A DNA stretch of 64,000 nucleotides from Minisyncoccota bacterium (GTDB lineage Bacteria > Patescibacteriota > Minisyncoccia > Phycocordibacterales > VMEP01), in assembly GCA_041661305.1 (NCBI GenBank), contig JBAZUR010000001.1:167077-231076 (forward strand), given 5' to 3'. This document shows, piece after piece, positions 17,880-27,963 of this stretch. The first letter of the stretch is position 1. Every line of letters begins with the position of its first letter. The notes beneath the pieces are model-generated. The model was not told the DNA's origin. It was given only the letters and a program-made list of their open reading frames with translations, and did no database searches. A program made the translations under genes and the position numbers.

Positions 17880-18371
17880 ATGATTTCCGATTTGCTTATT
17901 TTAGTCACACCAGAAAATACAGAAGTTTTTACTCGCCTTTTTCTAGCAATGGCCCTCGGGGCAATACTTGGATTGGAGCGTGTTTTCGCAAAAAAAAGTG
18001 CTGGAATAAGAACATACGCACTTGTTTCAATGGGTTCGGCTTTATTCATTGTGGTTTCAGAGTATGCGGTGAAGCAATACGCTCACACAAACGTACAAAT
18101 TAATCCGCTTCACATTGCCTCAAATATTGTTGTTGGTGTCGGCTTTTTGGGTGCTGGAATGATTATCTTTAAGGATTCAAAGCTCACTGGTCTTACTACC
18201 GCCGCCGGCCTATGGGTTGTTTCTGCAATCGGAATGGCTGTCGGCTTTGGTTATTACATAGCTGCTTTTTTTACAACAATCTTTACGCTTTCTATTTTCA
18301 CAATCCTCTGGTACGTAGAAGAAAAACTATTCACAGCATACAAAGGCATAGACGTCCCAGAGGAGCGTTAA
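17880..18371 (+). CDS. mgtC: MgtC/SapB family membrane protein.
   Basis: FTRLFLAMALGAILGLERVFAKKSAGIRTYALVSMGSALF is a typical MgtC N-terminal domain. Confidence 0.75.
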   Translation: MISDLLILVTPENTEVFTRLFLAMALGAILGLERVFAKKSAGIRTYALVSMGSALFIVVSEYAVKQYAHTNVQINPLHIASNIVVGVGFLGAGMIIFKDSKLTGLTTAAGLWVVSAIGMAVGFGYYIAAFFTTIFTLSIFTILWYVEEKLFTAYKGIDVPEER

Positions 18372-18372
18372 C

Positions 18373-18792
18373 ATGTGGTTTTGGTACGCACTTTTCTCCG
18401 CAATATTCGCCGCCCTTGTAGCGGTTTTTGGTAAGTTGGGGCTCAAGGGGGTTGATACAACATTGGCCACAACTGTCCGTGCTGTAATTATGGCTGGGAT
18501 TCTTTTGGTGACTAGTTTTTCTCTGAAGAAATTTGTTGGATTTTCTATCGCTAGTTTTACTGGGCGTGATTGGTTATTTATTATTCTTTCTGCGGCGGCG
18601 GGAGCGCTCTCTTGGATTTTTTATTTTTCCGCATTAAAGGAAGGGAAGGCTTCAAGTGTTGCGTCCATTGACCGCTTAAGTATTGTTTTTGTTATCGTCT
18701 TTGCCGCCCTCTTCTTAGGGGAAAGCTTAGGGGTTAAAGCACTAATCGGTACGTGTTTAATAGTTGCTGGAGCAATACTCGTTGTACTATAA
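18373..18792 (+). CDS. Small EamA-like/DMT-superfamily membrane protein.
   Basis: Four predicted TM helices. EamA-like half-transporter architecture. Confidence 0.6.
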   Translation: MWFWYALFSAIFAALVAVFGKLGLKGVDTTLATTVRAVIMAGILLVTSFSLKKFVGFSIASFTGRDWLFIILSAAAGALSWIFYFSALKEGKASSVASIDRLSIVFVIVFAALFLGESLGVKALIGTCLIVAGAILVVL

Positions 18793-18810
18793 TTAGTCTA
18801 AGTAAATTTA

Positions 18811-19356
18811 ATGAAAATGATTGAACATAAAAAAATAATTAGTGCGGTTGCTGTCATTGCAGTCGTTGTCATCTTTACTAATTTTTTTATTTATATAAAT
18901 GGTTCAAAAATAAAAAACAAATCCCAAACACAAAATTTGGGGCTTGAACAATTAGAGCAACATATGGCGGTTGGTGTTGTAGAAAAAATATCCGGACAAG
19001 AAATTACTCTTAATAATGCAAAGAAAATACCAGAGAACACTACTTCTGGTGTTAAGTCAGAATCCCTTGTTGTTATCGTTGATCAAGCAACCACAATAGA
19101 GCGATTTGTTGGGAAAGACACCTTAGTTTTTCAAAAAGAATTGGAAGATTTTGCCAAGAAACAGAAAGAATCTCAAAACACAAATACTCCTGTAATGCCA
19201 CCAGAACCATTTACTCGCGTTAAGATTGGTATTAATGATATTAAAGCTGGAGACACCATTGTTGTTTTCTCAACAATAAATATTAAAAAGCTCACTTCGT
19301 TTACAGCTAAGGAGATAAACGTTCAACCAACCAGAATGGCTACATCGTCAAGATAA
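18811..19356 (+). CDS. Hypothetical secreted or membrane-anchored protein.
   Basis: N-terminal TM or signal anchor. No recognised domain. Confidence 0.45.
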   Translation: MKMIEHKKIISAVAVIAVVVIFTNFFIYINGSKIKNKSQTQNLGLEQLEQHMAVGVVEKISGQEITLNNAKKIPENTTSGVKSESLVVIVDQATTIERFVGKDTLVFQKELEDFAKKQKESQNTNTPVMPPEPFTRVKIGINDIKAGDTIVVFSTINIKKLTSFTAKEINVQPTRMATSSR

Positions 19357-19391
19357 GTTAATCCGAATAATGATAACTATTAACTCTAAAA

Positions 19392-21986
19392 ATGAATCAA
19401 CTAATTAAAAGAAATTATGAGTTAGATATCAGTAGTTATATCTATAAAGTAATTTTTGTTTTACTACTATTAATATTTTTAATAGTTCCTAGTTCTTCGT
19501 TGGCGGGAGGAAGTCAGACTTTTACTAGTAGTGGTACATTCTTTGTTCCAAGTGGTGTGACAGCTCTAACTGTGTATGTTGCCGGTGGCGGTGGTGCCGG
19601 AGCTGGTGGTACTAACGAGGGTGCTGGAGCTGGCGGGGGGGGTGGGGGTTATAGCAGTGGAACAATTGCAGTAAGTCCTGGTGGTGCATATGGTGTTACC
19701 GTTGGTGCTGGTGGTTATCATGGAGGAGCTCCTCATTGTGAAGGTGGGGCATCTAGTCCCGGTGGAGACGGTGGTTACTCATATATTGGTGGAATAATTG
19801 CCTATGGCGGTGGTGGTGGGCAAACAGGCGGTGCTCCTGGAGCCGGTGGTTGGGGCAATGTAGCTTATGGTTCGTATGGCTCGTGGCCACCAAGTAGGTG
19901 GGCAAGTAGCGGTGGCGCCGGAGGTTACAGTGGCGCTGGAGGTGCTGGTGGCGCCGGGGGCTCAACGGGCACCGCCGGCACTTGTACTTATTATTATAAT
20001 TGTAATGAGACGTCGTGCGAGTGTGGCGCATGGACTGGTGGGACCCCTGCAGTAAACCCACAACCAGGTGTTTATTATGGAGGTGGAGGTGGAGGTGTTT
20101 GGTCAGCAGCTCCTTTTGTCCCTGCTACTTGTGATTACAGTCCCACTTACGCAGGAAACGGAGCACCAGGATATGTCATTATTTACTGGACCGTAAACCC
20201 TCCCACCGCATCCGCTTCAGTTTCTCCAAATCCCGTTCCCTATAATGCCAATCCTGGATTCACTCTTTCTTCTACAAACGCCTATTATTGCTACCTTCTA
20301 TTAGACTGGTCAACATACTTAGTTGCCGGTTATACAACATCTGGTACTTATTACGCTGGTTCCTTCACTTCTCCAGGAACCCATAGTATTTCCGCTTATT
20401 GTTACAACTCTGAATGGGTCGGCTCCGGCTGGTCAACAACAAATTTTACGGTAAATAATCCTCCCACCGCTTCCGTATCTGTCTCACCAATATCAGTATC
20501 ATACGGTGCTAGCACGAACGTCACCCTTTCTTCGACAAATGCCTATTATTGTCATGTCTACAGAATAAATAGCGTTGGTACTTGGGTTGAGCTACAGAGT
20601 GGATACCTCACCTCTGGTACTTGGAACACAGGTGGTTTGACCGACCCTGGAACACACTATGGAGCGACGTATTGCTACAACTCCTCCTGGGTCGGCTCTG
20701 GTTGGGCGTATGCCGCGTTCACAGTAAGCTCTGCTCCACCTTCCATCAACAACGTCACTATCAGTAACGGTGTTGTGGTCACCAACGCCGTTAACCAATA
20801 CACAATAACCTCAACCGCGACAGATGCCACTGGTGGTAGCGCTATTACCGATGAACTCGCTTTAATAAATTACCAGGGGGTAAATGCTGGTACTTATCGT
20901 GGATATCTTGGATGGTCATCGGTTGGATTCACCCACTTTGGCGGCGCATACAAAACACCACCAATAGCATGTTCTGGTGGTGGCTTAGGGGCAATTTACA
21001 ACGGCTATGGACCACAATACATCAACCTCATATCTTGCAGTACTTCGGTATCAGGGAACACCCGCACTGTCTCATATGTTGTTACCTTCAACACAAATTT
21101 CACTTCTCCGATAAATAGCAACACCATTTCTGGTTATGCCACCAACAGCTCTACTGGCCTATCCAGCGGTTGGTCTCCGTTTAGTGCGTTTACTATTACA
21201 CCAACATGTTCAAATGGTGCCAACAACTATCCAACCTGTAACACCTGCTCTACTCCACTTGGTTGGAATGGAAGTATTTGTACTGTATGTAGTAATGGTG
21301 GTTGTACCAATGGAAATTGTAACAATGGCGCAAACAATCCAGTGAGTTGCTCCACCTGTACCTCACCTGGATTCATTTGGCAGAGCAGTACTAGTTCTTG
21401 TATCCCATCAACCCCACCAACTGCATCAATCATAAGTCCAGCAGTCAACATCACAATATATGATGACCAGATACAACAGTTCACCGGTACAGCTACAGAT
21501 GACGGTACAGTTGTAGCTTACGAATGGCGTACCAGTAATTGCTCCACCGGAACAATTCTTAGCTCTTTAGCAAACTTCGTTAGATCATTTTCTGTTGGCA
21601 CATACACTGTCTATTTCAGAGCTCAAGACAATGCTGGGTCATGGTCAACGAATTGTCCTTCACGAACCATACAGGTAATTGCCCATAATCAAGTTGCAGG
21701 AGTCTGCGGTTCTGCTAACGGTGTCTCATCTCAAAAGAAACCAACATCCAATCTCTGTAACACACTAGGATTACCTGGACCAACTGTATTACCTGTAGGT
21801 ATTGATACTCTTCCTGAAAACAACCCAGCACTCTCTTGGTCTTGGACTTGTGCTGGTGAATATGGCGGTGCTGACACCTTCTGTGGTTCAAACAGCTCTT
21901 GTGGTGATGGCAAGTGCCAGGCTTCAAAGGGAGAGAGCCCTGCTAGGTGCAGGGCGGACTGTAGGGTTAACTTTTTTGAGTTTTAA
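19392..21986 (+). CDS. Large secreted Gly-rich, Cys-rich repeat protein (864 aa), likely cell-surface or adhesin-like. GC-rich compared with its neighbours.
   Basis: Signal/TM segment. Poly-Gly blocks (GGGGAGAGGTNEGAGAGGGGGGY). At least two ~90-aa internal repeats (NPPTAS.SVSP...LSSTNAYYC...SGT...PGTH...YCYNS.WVGSGW..FTV). C-terminal Cys-rich module. Contains a G8 tract at 19635-19642. Confidence 0.7.
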   Translation: MNQLIKRNYELDISSYIYKVIFVLLLLIFLIVPSSSLAGGSQTFTSSGTFFVPSGVTALTVYVAGGGGAGAGGTNEGAGAGGGGGGYSSGTIAVSPGGAYGVTVGAGGYHGGAPHCEGGASSPGGDGGYSYIGGIIAYGGGGGQTGGAPGAGGWGNVAYGSYGSWPPSRWASSGGAGGYSGAGGAGGAGGSTGTAGTCTYYYNCNETSCECGAWTGGTPAVNPQPGVYYGGGGGGVWSAAPFVPATCDYSPTYAGNGAPGYVIIYWTVNPPTASASVSPNPVPYNANPGFTLSSTNAYYCYLLLDWSTYLVAGYTTSGTYYAGSFTSPGTHSISAYCYNSEWVGSGWSTTNFTVNNPPTASVSVSPISVSYGASTNVTLSSTNAYYCHVYRINSVGTWVELQSGYLTSGTWNTGGLTDPGTHYGATYCYNSSWVGSGWAYAAFTVSSAPPSINNVTISNGVVVTNAVNQYTITSTATDATGGSAITDELALINYQGVNAGTYRGYLGWSSVGFTHFGGAYKTPPIACSGGGLGAIYNGYGPQYINLISCSTSVSGNTRTVSYVVTFNTNFTSPINSNTISGYATNSSTGLSSGWSPFSAFTITPTCSNGANNYPTCNTCSTPLGWNGSICTVCSNGGCTNGNCNNGANNPVSCSTCTSPGFIWQSSTSSCIPSTPPTASIISPAVNITIYDDQIQQFTGTATDDGTVVAYEWRTSNCSTGTILSSLANFVRSFSVGTYTVYFRAQDNAGSWSTNCPSRTIQVIAHNQVAGVCGSANGVSSQKKPTSNLCNTLGLPGPTVLPVGIDTLPENNPALSWSWTCAGEYGGADTFCGSNSSCGDGKCQASKGESPARCRADCRVNFFEF

Positions 21987-22038
21987 ACAGAATTTATTTA
22001 ATTGAGAGCTCGCCTTTATTGTATTACAATAGGGGACT

Positions 22039-24000
22039 ATGAACGGAAACGAAATTAGAAAGAACTATTTGGAATATTTTGGCTCGCGAAAACATGCAGT
22101 TATTCCGTCTGCACCGATTATCCCTGAGAACGACCCAACGACACTTTTTACAAGTTCTGGAATGCAACCGTTAATTCCGTATCTTTTGGGTTCTCCACAC
22201 CCAAGGGGCGTGCGCTTGGTCAATTCACAAAAGTGTTTTCGCGCGGAGGATATTGAAGAAGTTGGTGACAATCGCCACACTACTTGTTTTGAAATGTTGG
22301 GAAACTGGTCTTTAGGAGATTATTTCAAAAAAGAACAACTTGGTTGGTTTTTTAATTTTCTTACAGAAGTAGCAAAACTCCAGCCAGAAAAATTATACGT
22401 AACTGTTTTTGCAGGCGAAGAGAAGTATGGAATTCCTCGCGACGATGAATCGGTGGAAATCTGGAAAGAACTTTTTAAAAGTGTTGGTGTTATAGCTAAT
22501 GATGTATTAATTGGAAGCGAAGAGAATGGAGGAAAAGTTGGAATGCAGAGTGGTAGGATTTTTTACTATAACTCCAGGAAAAACTGGTGGAGTCGTTCTG
22601 GTGTACCTGAAAATATGCCAACAGGTGAGCCAGGTGGTCCAGATTCTGAAGTATTTTACGACTTCGGGACACCCCACGACAAAAAATTTGGAGAAAATTG
22701 TCATCCAAATTGCGATTGTGGGCGTTTTATGGAAATCGGTAACTCGGTTTTTATGGAATATCTTAAAATGGACGATGGAAGTTTTTCTTCGCTTCCTCAA
22801 AAAAACGTGGATTTTGGTGGTGGTTTGGAGAGAATTACCGCAGCGAGCATGGATAGTGCTGATATCTTTTCTACGGATTTGTTTTCTCTAATTATTGATT
22901 TTATTGAAAAGCTTTCTGGTAAGAAATATGAAGGAGGAAAAGTAAAAACTGATTCATATTTCCGTATTGTTGCGGACCATATCAAAGGTGCAGTTTTTAT
23001 GATGAGTGGAGGAATTTTACCTTCTAATACTGAGCAAGGATATGTTTTGCGAAGGTTGGTTAGACGTGCAGTGAGATATACTGACGAGCTTGGTATAAAG
23101 CCAAATGAGTTACAAAAAATCGTAGATTCAGTCGCACTGACCTACAAGGAGGCGTACCCAGAAATAATTGAAAACATTGATCATATTCGAGATGGTATTA
23201 AAAACGAAGAGGCAAAGTTTAGAAAGACGTTAGAGGTTGGTATGCGCCAATTTGAAAAAAGAAAGGTGTCTTCGGAGCAGAAACCAAAGGATTCACCTGT
23301 GTTTCGCCATCGCTCGGACGCCATGAGCACGAATACGCGCTCGCGGCGCTCCTCGCTTGACGAAATAAAAAACTCCACTATCAGTGGGCACGAGGCGTTT
23401 CTTCTTTTTACTACGCATGGTTTTCCAATTGAACTAACTCTTGAATTAGCAAAGGAAAAAGAACTTACAGTTGATATCGATGGATTTAAGGAAGAGATGG
23501 AGAAACACAAGGCTTTGTCACGTTCTCAGTCAGACCAAAAATTTAAAGGTGGGTTGGCTGATCATGGAGAAATGGCTGTTAAGTATCACACCGCAACTCA
23601 CTTGCTCCAAAAAGCTCTAAGAGATGTTCTTGGTGAACATGTATTTCAAAAAGGTAGCAATATAACAGGAGAACGTCTTCGCTTTGATTTTTCTCATAAT
23701 CAAAAAATGACAGATGAAGAAAAGCAAAAAGTAGAGAATCTTGTTAACCAAAAAATTGCAGAAGGCCTACCAGTGTCTTACGAGGACGTGCCACTTGAAG
23801 AAGCAGAAAAAAGAGGAGCGATTAGATTGTTTGAGGAAAAATACGGCGACATTGTTCGGGTATATAAAATAGGTGATTTTAGTCTTGAGTTTTGTGGTGG
23901 TCCGCATGTAAGCAATACAAGCGAGCTCGGTAATTTTAAAATCTCAAAAGAAGAAGCTGTTTCTTCTGGGGTGCGTAGAATTAAGGCGATTTTAACCTAA
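22039..24000 (+). CDS. alaS: Alanyl-tRNA synthetase, short form with catalytic and editing regions but no C-Ala domain.
   Basis: N-terminal AlaRS motifs (FTSSGMQPLIPYLLG, FRAEDIEEVGDNRHTTCFEMLGNWS). Editing HxxxH (HTATHLLQKAL). Confidence 0.85.
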   Translation: MNGNEIRKNYLEYFGSRKHAVIPSAPIIPENDPTTLFTSSGMQPLIPYLLGSPHPRGVRLVNSQKCFRAEDIEEVGDNRHTTCFEMLGNWSLGDYFKKEQLGWFFNFLTEVAKLQPEKLYVTVFAGEEKYGIPRDDESVEIWKELFKSVGVIANDVLIGSEENGGKVGMQSGRIFYYNSRKNWWSRSGVPENMPTGEPGGPDSEVFYDFGTPHDKKFGENCHPNCDCGRFMEIGNSVFMEYLKMDDGSFSSLPQKNVDFGGGLERITAASMDSADIFSTDLFSLIIDFIEKLSGKKYEGGKVKTDSYFRIVADHIKGAVFMMSGGILPSNTEQGYVLRRLVRRAVRYTDELGIKPNELQKIVDSVALTYKEAYPEIIENIDHIRDGIKNEEAKFRKTLEVGMRQFEKRKVSSEQKPKDSPVFRHRSDAMSTNTRSRRSSLDEIKNSTISGHEAFLLFTTHGFPIELTLELAKEKELTVDIDGFKEEMEKHKALSRSQSDQKFKGGLADHGEMAVKYHTATHLLQKALRDVLGEHVFQKGSNITGERLRFDFSHNQKMTDEEKQKVENLVNQKIAEGLPVSYEDVPLEEAEKRGAIRLFEEKYGDIVRVYKIGDFSLEFCGGPHVSNTSELGNFKISKEEAVSSGVRRIKAILT

Positions 24001-24029
24001 TGGTGTGATACAATTTCGTAAATAGATCT

Positions 24030-25235
24030 ATGGGATTTTTTTCTAAAAGTGATAAAGAATTCGTCCTCGTGTTTGACGTTGGCAATGGCAGTGTTGGGGT
24101 TGCTGTTGCTGAGGTTTCTAATGAAAAAAGTGGGGAAGGGAAAGCGCAGTTAAAAGAGATTTACAGAGAATCAATACCATTTCAAGAGCACTTACGTTTC
24201 GATAGGTTTATGAACACAGCATCTAAGGCTGTTGAAGGGGCAGCTAGAAAAGTAAAAAGCGAATTAAAATACCCAATAAAAAAAGCATATTTAATTTTGG
24301 CATCACCTTGGTACGCATCACAGACAAGAGTGGTTAACCTAAAGAAGAAGGAGTCCTTTGTTTTTACCGAGGAGATGTTTGAGACTCTTATTTCTCGCGA
24401 GAGTGAATCCTTTCGCAATGAATACATTGACGAGAAGGCCAAAAAAGCAAAACCAGAAAATAACCTTTCCTTGATTGAGCAACATGTCGTTCAGTTAAAG
24501 TGCAACGGCTATGAAGTCGAAGACCCATTTGGTAAAACCGTAAAAACCGTTGAAATGCCACTATATTTGAGTGTGGCTCCGCAGATAGTTTTAGACTCAT
24601 TTGGTGGTGCAGTTCGTAACATTTTCCCCGATATTGAAATTAATTTTGGAACTTTTCCCCTTGCGTATTTTTTTGCTGCTCGTGAAATTTATCCAAAATT
24701 TGACGATGCTTTACTTGTAGATGTTAGCGGTGAGGTTACCGACATTGCCTTTGTTTGGAATGGAGCACTACTTGAGATTGCTTCTTTTCCAATTGGGAGA
24801 AATACGATATTCCGAAGACTATCATCAGCCTTGCATAGACCTGCAGAAGAAATAATCTCTCTTCTTAGTATTGCCAATAAAGAAGGGGTTAGTAAGGACG
24901 TAAATAAAAAAATTGAGAGTGCTCTAGAGAAAGTTGTTGAATCATGGGTAGTTTCTTTTGAAAAAGCTTTAGCTAAACTAGCAGATACTTTTTACCTACC
25001 GGATGAAGTTTTCTTAACTGCTGATGATGACATGAAAAAGTGGCTCACGGGAGGTATCAAGAAAGAGAGTTTTAGTCAGTATGTTATGACACACACTCCT
25101 TTTTCTGTGACCGATATGGGGGACTTGTTTGAGAGACACGGCAAACACCTCTTTGGTAAAAACAAGATAGACACCTTTATTGGAATTGGAGTTCTTTACA
25201 TTATGCACAACAAAGGTCGTAAACTTTCGGATTGA
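24030..25235 (+). CDS. Hypothetical protein, possibly a divergent actin-fold ATPase (FtsA/PilM-like).
   Basis: N-terminal VLVFDVGNGSVGVAVAEV resembles the phosphate-1 loop of FtsA/PilM. Size 401 aa. Weak support. Confidence 0.35.
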   Translation: MGFFSKSDKEFVLVFDVGNGSVGVAVAEVSNEKSGEGKAQLKEIYRESIPFQEHLRFDRFMNTASKAVEGAARKVKSELKYPIKKAYLILASPWYASQTRVVNLKKKESFVFTEEMFETLISRESESFRNEYIDEKAKKAKPENNLSLIEQHVVQLKCNGYEVEDPFGKTVKTVEMPLYLSVAPQIVLDSFGGAVRNIFPDIEINFGTFPLAYFFAAREIYPKFDDALLVDVSGEVTDIAFVWNGALLEIASFPIGRNTIFRRLSSALHRPAEEIISLLSIANKEGVSKDVNKKIESALEKVVESWVVSFEKALAKLADTFYLPDEVFLTADDDMKKWLTGGIKKESFSQYVMTHTPFSVTDMGDLFERHGKHLFGKNKIDTFIGIGVLYIMHNKGRKLSD

Positions 25236-25261
25236 TATCCACTAAGTGATATAATCAAAAC

Positions 25262-26638
25262 ATGAAGGAAAAAAGAATTATAAGTGATGTGATTAGAAGT
25301 CCACACACAGCTAACACTAATACCGGTAGAAGGCCGCTTTCTGATGTCTTGCGAAAAGGAGACACCGGACAAAGCCCGGCAAAAGAATTAGAGAAGAAAC
25401 CACTTTTAAAAAAACCAGATGTTAAACACGTACTACCAGAGCATAATGTTCACCACGAAAGTTCGGTTACTCCTAATTTAAATAAATCAAAAAGTTTTAT
25501 TAAAAAAACCGCTTGGTTCTCTGTGCCACTCGTGGCTATTTTTGTTATCTATATGATGATATCGGTTTTGTTTTCCGGAGCCGACCTAAAGATAGTTCCA
25601 AAGTCTGAGCAAGTTCAAATTTCTGTTGGAATTACGGCCAAGAAAGGTGATCTTAAGGCTCTTGTTCCTTTTGAAACAGTTACCCTTTCTGAGGAATCAA
25701 GCAAGCTCGTAGCGCCAACTGGGACAAAAGATGTTTCCGAAAAAGCTGGTGGCCGAGTTGTAATTTATAACGCGTACAGTACCGCAAGCCAAAAACTCAT
25801 AAAGGATACACGCCTCGAGACACCCGATGGCAAAATTTATCGCATTACTACCGGAGTCGTTGTTCCAGGTCTTAGTGTCGTCAATAAAGAAACTATTCCT
25901 GGGTCAGTTGAGGTTACTGTATCTGCTGATAAGCCAGGCGAACAGTACAATGTTGGATTATCCGATTTCTCCATTCCAGGGTTTAAAGGAGATCCACGAT
26001 ATGAAAAATTTTATGCTCGTTCAAAAGGTGAAATAAAGGGTGGATATGTCGGCAGTGTTCAAACGGCATCCCCAGGGGCAGTTACAGCAGCAAGGAACGA
26101 ACTTAGAACAGCGATTAAGGATTCTTTGACAAAGCAAGTTTCTTCTCAGATACCGGCAACCTTCGTTTTATTCAAAGATGCTGGAAATGTCACTTTTGAA
26201 ACCAAGGACGATGTTAAGAACGCCAGCGGGGTTATCGTTAAGGAAAAAGGTACATATACTGGAATCTTGCTTCCAAGGGAAGCTTTGGCGAAAGAGGTTC
26301 TCAAAAAATCTATTTATACTCTAAAAGAAACTGGACCCGCCACCCTGAAGGATATTGAAAACTTAACTCTTGTATTTCAAAGTGCGGGGTTGCCAGAAAT
26401 GCTTGCTCAAGCGGAAAGCATAGAATTTAGTTTAAGTGGGACTACTACAGTAGAAGCTGTTATCGATTTTGATAAAGTTAAGAAAGATATTTCCGGGAAA
26501 CCACGTAGCGAATTCAACGCGCTTCTTGCAAATTACAGTGGTATTAAGACAGCTACTCTTTCAGTAAATCCGTTTTGGGCCCGCTATCTTCCAGCAGATA
26601 TTGAGAAAATTACGATTACTCAAAGTGCCGATAAATAA
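25262..26638 (+). CDS. Hypothetical membrane-anchored extracytoplasmic protein.
   Basis: Single TM helix after a basic N-terminus, then a 360-aa domain with no recognised motif. Confidence 0.5.
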   Translation: MKEKRIISDVIRSPHTANTNTGRRPLSDVLRKGDTGQSPAKELEKKPLLKKPDVKHVLPEHNVHHESSVTPNLNKSKSFIKKTAWFSVPLVAIFVIYMMISVLFSGADLKIVPKSEQVQISVGITAKKGDLKALVPFETVTLSEESSKLVAPTGTKDVSEKAGGRVVIYNAYSTASQKLIKDTRLETPDGKIYRITTGVVVPGLSVVNKETIPGSVEVTVSADKPGEQYNVGLSDFSIPGFKGDPRYEKFYARSKGEIKGGYVGSVQTASPGAVTAARNELRTAIKDSLTKQVSSQIPATFVLFKDAGNVTFETKDDVKNASGVIVKEKGTYTGILLPREALAKEVLKKSIYTLKETGPATLKDIENLTLVFQSAGLPEMLAQAESIEFSLSGTTTVEAVIDFDKVKKDISGKPRSEFNALLANYSGIKTATLSVNPFWARYLPADIEKITITQSADK

Positions 26639-26697
26639 GAAGGAGGGCCTTTTAAAATTGACTAAAAACTATTATTTTGTTATATTTTCGGGACTAA

Positions 26698-26916
26698 ATG
26701 AGTAACGAAGTAGATCCAGAATTAATCAAAGAAGGGGTTGTAACCGAAGCGTTACCTAGCACCCTTTTTAGGGTTACACTCAAGGATGGATCTGAAATTC
26801 TTGCCTACTTAGGAGGGAAAATGCGCTTCAACCGAATAAAGGTTTTGGTTGGAGATAAAGTTTCCGTACAGCTTGATCCGTACGGAGGTAAGGGGAGGGT
26901 TGTAAAAAGATTATAG
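26698..26916 (+). CDS. infA: Translation initiation factor IF-1.
   Basis: S1-like fold sequence (EGVVTEALPSTLFRVTLKDGSEILAYLGGKMR). 72 aa. Confidence 0.9.
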   Translation: MSNEVDPELIKEGVVTEALPSTLFRVTLKDGSEILAYLGGKMRFNRIKVLVGDKVSVQLDPYGGKGRVVKRL

Positions 26917-27000
26917 GTATTGTAGTATATTGAAGCACTGCACTCCCCGAGAGGGGGATGGGGGTTCTGTTTTTGTTAGTGCAAAATTTTTAATAAAAAA

Positions 27001-27114
27001 ATGAAAGTAAAGTCGTCAGTAAAAAAGAGGTGTGCAAAATGTAAAATGGTACGCCGTAAGGGTTTAGTTGTTATCATTTGCGAAAACCCACGCCATAAGC
27101 AACGACAAGGATAG
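27001..27114 (+). CDS. rpmJ: 50S ribosomal protein L36.
   Basis: Hand-translated 37-aa [40 protein letters not shown] (Zn-ribbon CxxC...C...H). Absent from the ORF track because it is short. Confidence 0.85.
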   Translation: MKVKSSVKKRCAKCKMVRRKGLVVIICENPRHKQRQG

Positions 27115-27134
27115 TTTCTAATTTAACGTAAAAC

Positions 27135-27515
27135 ATGAGAATTTTTGGTATAACAGTCCCGGAACAAAAAAGATTAGAGATAGCTCTAACTGTTTTTTTT
27201 GGAATCGGACGTGCAAGAGCTCAGGCTATTCTTGATCGTGCAGGTGTTCCTCATGGCAAAAAAGCTAGCGAATTGACTACAGAAGAAGAGGGTAAGATTC
27301 GTAAAGAAATTGAAGCTATCAAACTCGAAGGAGATTTAAAGCGTGAGATAAGTGGAAACATTAAGCGCTTGAAGGATATCAAGTCGTACCGTGGAACACG
27401 TCATGCAAAACGTTTACCAGCACGTGGTCAGCGTACAAAAACAAATTCTAGAACCGTTCGTGGAAATATTCGTAAGACTATGGGTTCTGGAAGACGTAAG
27501 GCTGAAAAAACATAA
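27135..27515 (+). CDS. rpsM: 30S ribosomal protein S13.
   Basis: MRIFGITVPEQKRLEIALTVFFGIGRARAQ. Confidence 0.95.
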   Translation: MRIFGITVPEQKRLEIALTVFFGIGRARAQAILDRAGVPHGKKASELTTEEEGKIRKEIEAIKLEGDLKREISGNIKRLKDIKSYRGTRHAKRLPARGQRTKTNSRTVRGNIRKTMGSGRRKAEKT

Positions 27516-27523
27516 TCAATAAC

Positions 27524-27958
27524 ATGGGTAAAAAAAGAATTATAAAAAAAGGAGGCAGTGGAGCTGACGAGGGATTGAAGTCTCGTTCTTTGTCCAAGGT
27601 TCCGAAGAAGAAGGTTGCAGCCGGTACTTTGTATGTTGAAGCAACATACAACAACACCAAGCTTCTTTTGGCAGACAAGAGCGGAAACGCTTTGTTTTGG
27701 TCATCATCCGGAGCTTTAGGGTTTAAGGGTGCAAAAAAAGGAACACCTTTTGCAGCTGCTAAAGTAGGAGAGCTTATGGGAGAAAAAGGAATGCTTGTGG
27801 GAATGAAAGAAGTGAACGTAATAATCAAAGGAGTTGGTTCTGGAAGAGAATCATCAGTTCGAGCTTTTCTTTCTAAAGGAATTGATTTGGAGAGTGTTAA
27901 AGACAAGACACCTGTTCCACACAACGGACCAAAGCCTAAGAAGCCACGAAGAATATAA
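27524..27958 (+). CDS. rpsK: 30S ribosomal protein S11.
   Basis: TLYVEATYNNTKLLLADKSGNALFWSSSGALGFKGAKKGTPFAA. Confidence 0.95.
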   Translation: MGKKRIIKKGGSGADEGLKSRSLSKVPKKKVAAGTLYVEATYNNTKLLLADKSGNALFWSSSGALGFKGAKKGTPFAAAKVGELMGEKGMLVGMKEVNVIIKGVGSGRESSVRAFLSKGIDLESVKDKTPVPHNGPKPKKPRRI

Positions 27959-27963
27959 ATATC

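Noticed and set aside
19753-21927. Multiple alternative-frame ORFs inside the Gly-rich surface-protein gene (19753..20061, 19867..20055, 20592..20798, 20912..21118, 21136..21345, 21227..21484, 21715..21927, 21731..21913, 21802..22005).
   Set aside because: Artefacts of high GC and low stop-codon density within a long, repeat-containing CDS. The 864-aa frame is the only one with coherent repeat architecture and a signal anchor.
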